A stretch of 59,356 nucleotides of DNA, filler included, from Basidioascus undulatus (taxonomy: Eukaryota): NCBI GenBank assembly GCA_000826855.1. It is 6 parts of 6 records of this genome, joined end to end, with 100 filler letters (N's around TTAATTAATTAA, not from the genome) between each part and the next. Parts side by side here need not be neighbours in the genome. Positions count along the whole stretch, not along the records: positions 46,714 to 59,356 come from JTLS01001278.1; 5 more parts are not named here. The stretch is one strand, 5' to 3'. Numbering within the stretch: position 1 is the stretch's first letter; each line of letters opens with the position of its first letter. Below, in pieces: positions 49,113 to 59,356 of this stretch. The notes under the pieces are model-generated. The model saw only the letters and a program-made list of their open reading frames with translations. It searched no databases and was not told where the DNA came from. Made by a program: the position numbers and the translations under genes.

Positions 49113-51392
49113 TCACCGCCCGTCCTGGATCGTGTCCGCCGTCCAGCGGGCATACGCCACGCGCGAAGCCGCACGCCCGCGCTTCCCATACTTGATCACG
49201 ATCAGGGAGGTCGCGAAGAGCGCCATCGTGATGAACGCGAACTGGATGTTGGCATCTTGGAGCCCTTCGCGATTGATCCTGGGAAGGAGAGGGAAGTACG
49301 CATAAGGAAAGGTGGACCGACAGCGCTCAACTGCGACTGTGCTCTTACCAGGGCATCACCGCGTAGCCGAAGCCGAAGGAGATGGTGCACCGGATGACGT
49401 TCATCGTCATGAGCGTTTCGCCGGCAAGCTCTTTGTACCTGTGAGAAAACCGGCCGACTGTGAGCACGGTGGGCTGTGGCAGCAGGACTGCGAAACGCAC
49501 GTGTCGTTCACGTAGTTGATGACCGAAGTGCCGATGGCGCTCATGCAGAAACCTATAGAGGTTAAAAGAGTCATAAACGTCACATACTGTGCTAGTGTTA
49601 AAATTGACTGACCAAGCATCGCAAGGCCAAAGCACAGGCCGACCCAGTGCACTCCGTGCGATGCGCCTACTCCCCAGAGGATGAAACCAGCGGGAGGGAT
49701 GATGCAGCATGCGATGGCCGGCCAGAGGCGGTGCTCAGGCTCATAGACGCCCTTGTTCCGCCGCGTGATCCAGAGCGCGATCTTGTCGGATGCGTCGCCG
49801 GACCACCAGGCTCTGTGAAACGGGGTTCAGTGGGTGGCAATGAAGACCGAATGGCGTTAAAACCAACATACCCAACAGCACATCCAATGGTCGGGGCGAT
49901 GTACGTCAGCCCCACTGCCCAGGACTTGAAGCTGTACGGCGGACTCGAAAGGACGACCGACGTCGTCGCGTTAAGGGCGTTGAGCGCGCAGATGCCGACG
50001 CCGTGGATGAACGCCGCCCAGACGATGAGCGGAAAGGAAGGGACGATCGCGAGCGGGCGCCACATCGTCTTGACGAACTCATTCGGCTTGTCGGCGATGT
50101 AGATAAAGGGCAAGAGCTTCTGGAGGTAGGCCCGCGGCTTGACATGGGGGCGCTCCCCCAGCTCCGAGGGGGCGATGCTCGAGGCCTTTTCGACGTCGCT
50201 GCTGCCGGACGGGGTAGCGGGCGCAGGCGCGGCGGAGATGGATGGCCTGTGGAACATCGTTTCTTCCAGGAAGAAAAAGCACCACACGAAGCCGAACGCG
50301 TCGATGATGGCGGTGATGAACTATCATCGAAGCAGGACAAGGGTAAGAACGGTTGGCCTTCGGCGAGAGACTGCTGCGAAAGTCACCATGACCCATTGCC
50401 ATCCCCAACGGGCATCGATGAAGCCGGCGGCGATCGGAGCAATGTACGCGCCTGTGAAACGGAGGAAAGATGAGTCTCTGCCGTTGAAAAATGAGTGTAG
50501 TTCTGACCTCCGCTCAAAGCCAGCGCCCAGATTCCAAGATGCCGCCCGCGCTGATGCTGTGGGGGACGGATAGGGTGAGTAAGTCATGGACCTCCACAGG
50601 CAATAGGCGGCCTAAGACGTACCACGAAGTGCAGGTCATTCACCGACACCTGCGGCAGAGTCTCGATCGGGGACCCGAAGAAGCCCAGCAAGATACGCTG
50701 GGCGATCCAAGTGCCTCGCGTCGTCGAGTACGCTGTCCTGCAGCATAGTAGCCACACATCCAGCGGTTAGCATACCGCGGAGGGACTCTTAAGAATTGGC
50801 AGGTCACCCACCACACCGAGATAGGCGTCAGAAGGAGGAGCGAGAGGAGGTAAACGCCCCGGCGTCCGAAGGTGAGTCCGACGGGTTGCCAGAATAAGCA
50901 GCCCCAGCCGCTAGTGGATTACTGCGTCAGGTTCGGAGGGGCGGGATGAGATGGAAGGAAACGAACAAGAACAGAAGCATGATCCCACTGCCGCTGACGA
51001 TGTCGTCGATCGTCAAACCCGTGTCCCTGGAAATGTCGACCGTGACGGAGTAGACCTGCACACCGCGCACTCAGCGATATATGCTTGCTCGCTTACCACA
51101 GGACACAGAACGGGAAACATACCGCTGCACTCGTCCATCCGGCAATGAAGGTGTATCTGGTATGCAGCTGTCAGTAATCTCCGGACAGAGCAATGAAAGC
51201 ATCATGAACAAGGCAGGCTCACAAGTGAACCGACCATATAGCCAGCGCCCTCCTCTTCGCACTCCAGTTCAACGGATCCTCCGGATCCAACGAGGGTGCG
51301 GGGACCAGGACGACGTCTTCTTGGTCCCTGCCATGCTGGACTTTGAGCGTCCCCTCCGAATCAACGAGCTGGACGGTGCCGGGGACGTCCAT
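49113..51392 (-). CDS. MFS transporter (Hol1/DHA1-like), many exons
   Basis: VPGTVQLVD..VVLVPAPSLDPEDPLNWS, GWGCLFWQPVGLTFGRRGVYL, FFLEETMFHR, MHWVG, GFGYAVMPW; start approximate. Confidence 0.88.
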
Positions 51393-52289
51393 CTCCCAAG
51401 GGGTGGGTGGTGAGAGCGCTCTGCAAAGGAGCCGAGCGCATCTTCCCGAGGATTTTTCAGGAGAGCGCAGTCGCTTGAGTGCAGATGGTCATCGAACATG
51501 AGGCGTTGTCAAAGTCTATCAAGGGCATAATACGCGAGACTAGCATGCACGTATGATTGTCCAGTTGTACAGGCCGCTCGGCCGATTTGATACGAAGTCG
51601 AAGCAAAGGTTCAAGCAAGTTCAAGGCCAGACCCTGCTGTCTCACCCCAGCGGAGGCATATCCTTCGACGAAGCAACGCCTTCCTTGCCTCTTCTCTTCA
51701 AGCCCGTTCTCGTTCTCACAATGCACATCTGTGTCACACTGACACTCAAAATGTAGAAGGTCTGCGACGAATGCCAACAGCGATTCTGATGCCCGCCAGC
51801 TGGTGCCCCGAGGTCCCTCGGCTCTCCTCTCGGGAACCTGCTACGCCCTCATCCAGCCTCAAATGACTACACTTCAGGTACTCGGAAAGTTACTGTGAGT
51901 TGTAAATTGTGGAATTTGTCAAGAATTTGTTGTGCAATATCCAGCAGTTCTCTAATTGGGTTGGGGACGTGTAGCGAGCAGTCGTTCCCGTAATCGAGCT
52001 CTTTCCGCTTTACATTGTCCATATCCTCGCCAATTTGTGCTTCTCTCAACATCAAATCACTTTGACACTATCGTGCTGCACAAATCTTGCACTGCCGTAC
52101 CTCCGAGCACCGGTTGGGTCTTCGCCAAGGTCGCCTGTCCCCAGCCTGCCCCAATGCACACTCACAGCGGGGCGAATTCAGCTATTGCAGGCAACGATCA
52201 GAAAATGTCACTTCATGGAAAAATTTCTATGGATGTCCAGGAAAATCAAAAAGAAGAAGTCGGTTTAGAAGCGGACGGTTGACAGCCGT

Positions 52290-54217
52290 TTACGCCTTCT
52301 CGTTGGTGACGACGTAGCGGTAACGGGCCTGTCAAGAAATGGGAGAATCACAAGTCAAACAGGCGCACATCCGAGAAGTGCTTCCTTCCAAGGGTAATGT
52401 AGAGAACAGCGCACCTTGCCCGCGTCCAAGTCCTTCACAGTCTGAGCGACAGTCTCCATCGGGCGGACCTCAACCCAGGGCTTGACACCCTTGGCCGCCG
52501 CGAGCTCGAACATTTCCCGCAACTCCTTGACGCTTCCGATCAGGGAGCCCCCCAGGCTAACGCCTTTGTATACCAAGTCGTCAGCACCGAAAGCCGAGAG
52601 CGGTTTCTCGGGCAGGCCGACGAGGACGAGCTTGCCGCGCGGCCGAAGAAGCGACAAGTAGAACTCGACGGGGAGTTCAGCTTGGAAAGAAGTGCCTGAG
52701 GGAGATAAAGGGGATACATTTAGCTTGTGACTACTTGAGCTGATTCAAAACCGGAAGTCGCGCACAGAGGATGGTGTCGAACATGCAGCTGTACTTCTCC
52801 TTGGCCTCCTCATGGTTGGAGACGATGAGAAAGTTCTCCTGTAGGCGCGCCCACGAGTGAGAATGGAGGAAGGTGTATTGATACAGACTGAGCTATGTTA
52901 CCTCCGGGATGCCCATCTTGGTAGCGTCTGCCTTCTTGCTGGCAGAGTGCGAGAGCGCGTAAGTGTCGGCGCCGAGCGCGACGGACCACTGCAGCGCGAG
53001 GTGGCCAAGGCCACCAATGCCGACGATACCGCTAGAGGAGTTGCACGTCAGCTCGAGGATATTCGACACAAACACCTGCGAAGGGCATAAGAAATACGTA
53101 CACAGTGGAGTTGGGCCCGACGTTCTCGTCTGCGGGGACCAAATACAGCAGAGATCAGCACAGCACGGACAGCTTCAAGTGCGAAGTCGCCGCTCACTCT
53201 TCAGGGGGGAGTAGGTCGTAACACCCGCGCAGAGCAGGGGAGCGGCCACCTGCAGAACAAGAAGTGGGTCAGTCGTTGGGCTTCAGGACTATATCTGTAA
53301 TCTACGTACCTCCGAGGGCATGCCTTCGGGGATGGGGATCGCGAAATGAGCCTTGCCACGGAAGCTGTAAGTATGAGTGACGAGGTCAGGTGGTATCTTG
53401 AAACAGTAAGCCTTCGCGCAGGACGTACTAGTTGGCGTAACCACCTTGTGAGATGGAGCCGTCCTCCCACTTGCCCTGGTAGGTGCCGAGCATACCCTGC
53501 ACGCTGCAGTACTGCTCGTAGCCAAGATCGCACTGGCTGCAACTGCGACAGGAGCCAGCCTGCACACACCACCGTCAGCGACAGTTTTCACTGGGCTCAA
53601 TTGGGACGGACCTGAGCGCCAAAGCCGACACGGTCGCCAACCTTGATGTGCGTGACGTTCGAGCCGACCCGAGTGGCGATGCCGACAATTTCGTGGCCGA
53701 CAATGGCAGGATACTGAGTCTCGCACCAGCCTGTAATGTACCGGGATCTCCAGCTCAAAGGCTAGACCCAATCTCGAGCGGATAAAAAATCGCACCACTA
53801 CGAAGAGTGTGCAGGTCGCTGAGGATGGGGCATGGCATTCAGATGAGCATCGTCACCTTCGTAGCAGGACGAAATGAGCAACGCACGTGCCACAGACACC
53901 GCAGCAGATAATCTGAGTGAGAAAATGATGAGACGCACCCAAACAAACACTCAAAACGTTCTCACCTTCACGTCGACATCGTCCTCGGACCATTTCTCTG
54001 GCGATGGGAAGCTGCGTTAGAGCCTGTGTAAAAACTCTTCCACCTGCGCCTCGAGACCTGCTAGGAGAGTAAGACCTAGGCGAAACGGTGAGTGTGAGCA
54101 GTTGATAATTGGGTAGTTAGGTAACAGCAGAACATACCAAGGCTTGAGCTCGTTCCATTCTTCTTTGTTGAAGGCAGCGTAGCCGGTGAACTGTTCAGGA
54201 GAAGACGGGGTAGACAT
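52290..54217 (-). CDS. NADP-dependent zinc alcohol dehydrogenase (Adh6/cinnamyl alcohol dehydrogenase-like)
   Basis: CGVCG..DLH, IVGHEIVG, GDRVGFGAQ, structural Zn Cys cluster, APLLCAGVTTYSPL, GIVGIGGLGHLALQW, GGSLIGS, RYRYVV*. Confidence 0.93.
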
Positions 54218-55023
54218 CTTTGTCCTCTAGTATTGAGTGTGGTGGTGGAAAGAGAGAAGCGAACGAAGAAGAGAAAGGAGACGAGGAAGTCACCCGCGAA
54301 CCCGCATCTTTCTTATGCCGCAACAAGCCGCAACGCACGTACTCGATGCTCGCTCAGTGGATGCCTGCTTCATAACAGCATCGGCCCCCTTCCCCACATA
54401 CCTTCCCCAGGGCAACACGGAAAATGGGGCGTATTTTGAGCACACAGGACTGTGCTGTTCCAGTTGCCGTGCTGTTTCAGTTCGCGAGGGTGCAGGCCGC
54501 GGGCGCAACCGAAGCACCTCCACACTTGCAAGGGTGTTTGATTTTTCGGACCTCCGCCGGAGAGATAGTGTTGTAAAACGAAGCTGTTCATGGGAAAGAA
54601 ACAGGTAATCGTTACTTGGGCGACTCTTGTCCAGCGGCGGTGGACATGCAAGTCGTGGTTTGCCAAGGTACGGCGTTTGATTCCAGCGGGCACGCAAGGA
54701 CCTGCTTCAACCTTATCTTCCGTCAGCGCCACCGGCATCGAAGAGAATCAGACAAGGGCCGGCCGTGTTCAACGAGAATAAATCAGCACGAACCATCGCA
54801 AGGCGTCCGGATTCTACACGGATGTGAGCAAACGCGAGCGCGTTTCGTAGAGAAGGTGCGAGCGGTGCTGAGGCCTAGGGGTGCGGCGGGTCTTGCGTTC
54901 AGCTAAGAGCAGCTAACGTATCTCAGGCGCAGTCATGTAAGCACACAACTTATCACAACCACAAGAAATACAGATTTCCAAAACGTCCTTCAATTTTCGT
55001 GCTCCCTCGCTCCCTCTTCACAG

Positions 55024-55615
55024 GCATCGTTGTGCAGAACAGTGAGCGCCTCAACGCTACGTACGGTGACACTTACTTCACCGCCGGCAGAATGCTCTTA
55101 CTGAGAAGGTGAAGGCCAGTGGCGTGAACCTCACTCACCCTAGGGTCCAGCAGAAGGAGGGGTACGCGTGGGTTAACATCACTCTCAAGCGCCTCGCCGC
55201 CCGTCAGGGTGCGATCCCCACCGAGTGCACGTGGAGCACCATCAACTCGCAGGGTGATGTGTATAACATCAAGCTTCGCGACGTGCTCGTTAACGCTGAC
55301 GGGAAGAGCTTGGTCTGTGCCATCCTCAGTGAGGTCCGGGTAAAGTGCACTGGTGAGCCTGTCTCTGGCACTAACGAGGGAGACTGGACCTTCAGCTTCA
55401 CTCTCAACTCCGCGCTTCTCACGGGCACCTCAGATGTGAAGGGTCCTGATGCCCCCAACCAGGGTGCGTCGAGCGCCGGTGCCAGCCGCCGTCTCGTTGC
55501 CAGCGCCGAGGTCCTCGCATTCGCAGGTATTACTGACTCCGGCCACCAGGAGCCTGAGCTCGAGTATGAGCCCGAGCTTGAGGATGAGGCCCCCGTTGGT
55601 AGACGAGGAAACTGA
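55024..55615 (+). CDS. Orphan intronless beta-rich ORF with an acidic C-terminal tail (frameshift near 5' end)
   Basis: ORF 55109-55615 with alternating hydrophobic strands (YAWVNITL, LVCAILSEVRVKC, WTFSFTL) ending EPELEYEPELEDE. Confidence 0.45.
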
Positions 55616-55750
55616 GAGCGTCTTCTGAGAGCTCCCTGGTGACCCTGGGGAGCTCCACTACCCTGTCAGGTCTGAGAGAACGCGTAAGAGGCTGATTGAG
55701 TCCCGGATGAGACGGATGAATCCCAAGTCGCGGGCCGGAGAGCGCCGCCT

Positions 55751-55908
55751 TTACAGACGTCCTACTGACTCGAGGGTGAGAGCGAGCTCCTCGAGGGTCG
55801 GCCTGTCCTCGGGCCTCTCTTTTCTGCAGGCATTGAAGATCTCCGCGAGTGGACCCTCCAGTTCTACCGGCGCAAAGGGCTCGGGTAGTTGCGCTTCTGA
55901 GCACGGGG
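55751..55908 (-). pseudogene. Protein kinase C-terminal (subdomain XI) fragment
   Basis: LEGPLAEIFNACRKERPEDRPTLEELALTL* fits CxxxxPxxRPT; cut off by a poly-T run at 55909-55933. Confidence 0.5.
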
Positions 55909-56667
55909 GTTTTTTTTTTTTTTTTTTTTTTTTGCTTTTGAAGGCATAATACAGGTGGGTGTCCAATACCTCATCGGTCTGCCTATCTGCTCATGGAATT
56001 CGGACTATCCATATTCTATTGACAACCATGTCTACAAACGTCGTTACCGCCAGTTATGGTAGACGTGTCCTCCTGGCTCTCGCTCGGTCAAAGAAATGCT
56101 CCTTCCAGCAATTCATCTTTCCAAGGACTCTTCCTGCCTGTATGCTGGCAAAGCACAATATTCCTGCACTCATACAAATTAAACGGCAGGTTCACGCGCT
56201 GCGAAGGTGTGTTGGAAGCTGAAGGGATGCGACAAATCTCTCGTAGAGCCGCGTCCAATCACACCGTTCGCATTATTCATCCTTCTCCCCCAACATCGTT
56301 GTCTTCCGCATCCGGCAGCGCATCTCCGTTCTTATCAGCGCCTAACCGGCTACTCTGGAGTCTTTCCAGAGCAGATTGAACACAGTTTCGAATCTCATAG
56401 CACTCAACCGTCACTAATATAACGCTCGCGGACATGTTCGCCCACTCTATGATGACGTGCTTGCCATCCCTGCTCGCGAGCTGACTGCTCATCACGAATA
56501 CAATCCGTCGTAGGCTTCAGCTGAATTTCGGCGCTAGCCTAGCCCGATTGTCTCCGTCCATACCCTCATCGCCGTCTAGCTTGAATGACACCATTCTCCA
56601 TATCGCGCACCTCATGAGCATTCGTTGCACTGCCGCCTTCGGTGGTACTTCTTCTCGGACATCTACT

Positions 56668-56718
56668 TCGACCTACTCTCCTCAGCTATCGATCGACCTA
56701 CTCTCCTCAGCTATCGAC
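56668..56718 (+). repeat. 25-bp direct duplication upstream of the monooxygenase
   Basis: tcgacctactctcctcagctatcga x2. Confidence 0.9.
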
Positions 56719-56771
56719 CGAAGCCGTCCAGCTCCCTAGACCTTACCAGCATACCTCACGTTTCGCCCTCT

Positions 56772-59139
56772 ATGTCCGCTCCGAATGCGCCAACGACGAA
56801 TGGGAACGCCGCCCCTCGTCGGCCTCTCATCTTCAATGCCTTCGACATGACCTGCGCGGGACATCAGTCTCCTGGGTTGTGGAAACTCCCTGGGGACCGC
56901 GCGCCTGAGTTCGGGACGCTGAAGTACTGGACCGACCTGGCGCAGCTTCTTGAGCGGGGAAAGTTCAACGCACTCTTGTACGTTCTCCACTCGCTCACAT
57001 GTGCGACGATCGAGGCGTAGCTGATGCGATGCGGTGGGTTGGTTGGGGATCTGGATGAGTTAGTATAGCGGATGTGGTGGGCGGTTACGATGTCTACAAC
57101 GGGAACCTTGACGGCGCCTTGCGCACTGGCACGGTAGGCTTTTCCCCCCTGCTCTTGCACGAGGACTTTCAAGCTTAGCGGCTTGACTTGCTTCAGCAAT
57201 TTGCCGTCAACGACCCATCCCTCGCGGTCTCCGCCATGGCGGCTGTGTGCGTTCTTACCCCTCTGATTCACAGTGACAGGATCTGCTTCCTAACTCCGGC
57301 TTGCCTTTCAGAACCAAGAACCTTGCCTTCGGAATCACGCAGTCGGTCACATATGAGGTCCATCTGCCGTCCACCCTGTACCCCCGCCCTTCTGCCCGCG
57401 TCCTCTTTCCCTGACCCTTGTCCACAGGCGCCATTCACTGTTGCTCGCCGCTTCTCGACTCTCGACCACCTTACCGAAGGACGCGTTGCGATCAACATCG
57501 TCACGTCATACCTGGACTCTGCCGCGCGCAACTACGGGCTGGCTCAGCAGCTCCCGCATGCGGAGAGATACAAGCGGGCGGAGGAGTACCAGCAGGCGAG
57601 ATCACCCTGTTTCCCTTCGAAAGCGTTGTGCTGAAGGTTTGCCGCTTCAGGTCCTGTATAAGCTGTGGGAATCAAGCTGGCGCGACGACGCCAAGATGCT
57701 CGATGCTGAGCGCGACCTCTACTATAACCCTGAATTGGTGCGGGTGGTCAACCACAAGGGAGAATGTGAGAGTCTGTTCTGTTTAATCCTTGCAAAATGC
57801 AAAGCCGGCTGACACACCCAATCTGGCACCGCAGACTTCTCGGTTTCGGGGCCGCACATTGTCGAGCCTTCGCCGCAGCGCACGCCGCTCATCTTCCAAG
57901 CCGGTAAGCATGAATTTACTTGGCTGCCTTCTCCGCCTATCACCCACCGGCCCGTCGCCCATTGAAACTCTACGCGCAGGCACTTCCGGCCCCGGTATGG
58001 CCTTCGCGACCCGGCACGCCGAAGCTATCTTCGTCTCCGCGCACGACCCTGTCTTCATTCGCAAGAAGGTCGACCAGATCCGCGCGGATGCCGCGAACCT
58101 CGGGCGTGACCCGCGCAGCGTCAAGGTCATCACCCTGCTTACGCCTATCATCGGGCGGACCGAGGAGTGCGTTTTGAAGTTGGTGATAGCACGCAGACGA
58201 GGAGGTATTCACGCTATGCGAACCTTGACAGAGAGGCTCAGGAGAAGTTGAAGACATACAAGAAGCTGGCGAGCACGGAGGGTGCGCTGGTGCTATTTGG
58301 AGGGTACGCCGCCAATGCTGTGGTCGGCTTGCATTCTTGGAACTGACGGACGTTCTTCAATAAAGCTGGACCGGACTGGATCTCGGACCGTTCGGGGATG
58401 ATGAGGAGCTGTGAGGACATAACGACGGTATTGCTCATTTGTGCTCTGCAGCTCACAGACGAGTTCTGCAGCCGCTTCGTCGAGTCCAACGCTGTCAAGA
58501 GCGCGGTCGAAACCTTTGCCCGGTAGGTACTTCCATTCCTCTCAAATCACATCTTCGTTGTAGTTACTCAACCAGCGAGGTTGCTTTGTAGCACCGACCC
58601 CTCCGTTCCGAAATGGACGAAGCGCGCCGTAGCGGAGCACATTGCGTGAGTGTCACATCAACTATGTGCATTGTGATTCGAGAATGAGCTAAATCTGCAC
58701 ACTTCAGCATCGGTGGCATGGGTGTGAACATTGTGGGCACGCCTAAGCAAGTGGCAGACGAGCTGGAGCGCTGGGTTGAAGCGGGAGACGTAGACGGTAC
58801 GTGGCCGTACAGTCAAGCGTGAAAGAGGCATATTGAGCTGATGGATCTCAATACAAACATCCAGGCTTTAACTTCGCATATTGCAGCAGTCTGGGCTCCT
58901 TCACTGACATCGTCGACCTTCTCTTCCCTGAGCTCGAGCGTCGCGGTCTCAAATGGGGCGATTATCCTGCGACGGAGAACGGGACGCCGCTCACTGCAAG
59001 GGAGAGCTACCTTGGCGTCGGGCAGAAGCGGCTGAGGGACGACCACCCTGCGAGCAGGTTCAAATGGAATGTCGGAGAGGAAAGGAGCGCGCCCGTTGAG
59101 AAGGGAGTTCCCGAAGGACAGCAGAAGGCGCAGCCGTAG
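56772..59139 (+). CDS. Luciferase-like flavin monooxygenase, NtaA/DszA/SnaA family
   Basis: FNAFDM..GHQSPGLW, YWTDLAQLLERGKFNA, ARRFSTLDHLTEGRVAINIVTSYLDSAARN, LYKLWESSW, PSPQRTPLIFQAG|TSGPGMAFATRHAEAIF, VGTPKQVADELERW; many introns including GC-AG at 57596-57650. Confidence 0.95.
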
Positions 59140-59356
59140 AGTACCGAGTATCATGACAGACAAAGAACTAGAAAAACATTCGATCAGACATCATCCGCAC
59201 TCGAGTCATTCGCACTTGAGTCTTCGTTTGCTCCGGGCGGATGCGTCGGTTTTTGTCAGGACTTGACTAGTAAGACAGACCGCAGCGGGGACTACCAGCA
59301 GGGTTGGTGTCAAGATGCAAGATGGATGAAGAAAGGGCAAGGAGTAGAGGACAAGG

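Noticed and set aside
56772..59139. Recent bacterial transfer of a DszA/NtaA monooxygenase
   Set aside because: The gene is intron-rich and the family is common in fungi

Overview
Fungal genomic DNA, most likely a basidiomycete (GC-rich genes, many ~50-90 nt GT-AG and some GC-AG introns). The window is six separate contigs (about 9259, 9253, 9237, 9235, 9229 and >=12643 nt) joined by artificial N44-TTAATTAATTAA-N44 spacers, so gene neighbourhood across spacers means nothing. Recognisable host genes: a C2H2 zinc-finger factor, a single-unit ubiquitin, a Ubl-KPVIYLY protein, MED31, a Ppo/LDS dioxygenase-P450 fusion, a 2-hydroxyacid dehydrogenase, IRC6/p34, a small secreted Cys-rich protein, FAD1, PKR1, PSF3, an MFS transporter, an NADP-alcohol dehydrogenase, a DszA/NtaA-type monooxygenase and three tRNAs (Lys, Asp, iMet). 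Intergenic DNA is a patchwork of decayed fragments (gypsy RT, LINE 3' end, TRM140, MFS and Smr pseudogenes). The strongest signal is on contig 4: an intron-free, stop-free, highly divergent RPB2/beta-type RNA polymerase fragment (32958-33845) that keeps the catalytic motifs. It lies near compact orphan ORFs and is best read as a piece of an endogenised large DNA virus or RNAP-encoding mobile element. Two other loci may share such an origin: an intron-bearing pseudogene at 11.4-12.0 kb and an orphan ORF plus kinase tail at 55.0-55.9 kb. All family assignments come from motif recognition only; no searches were run.
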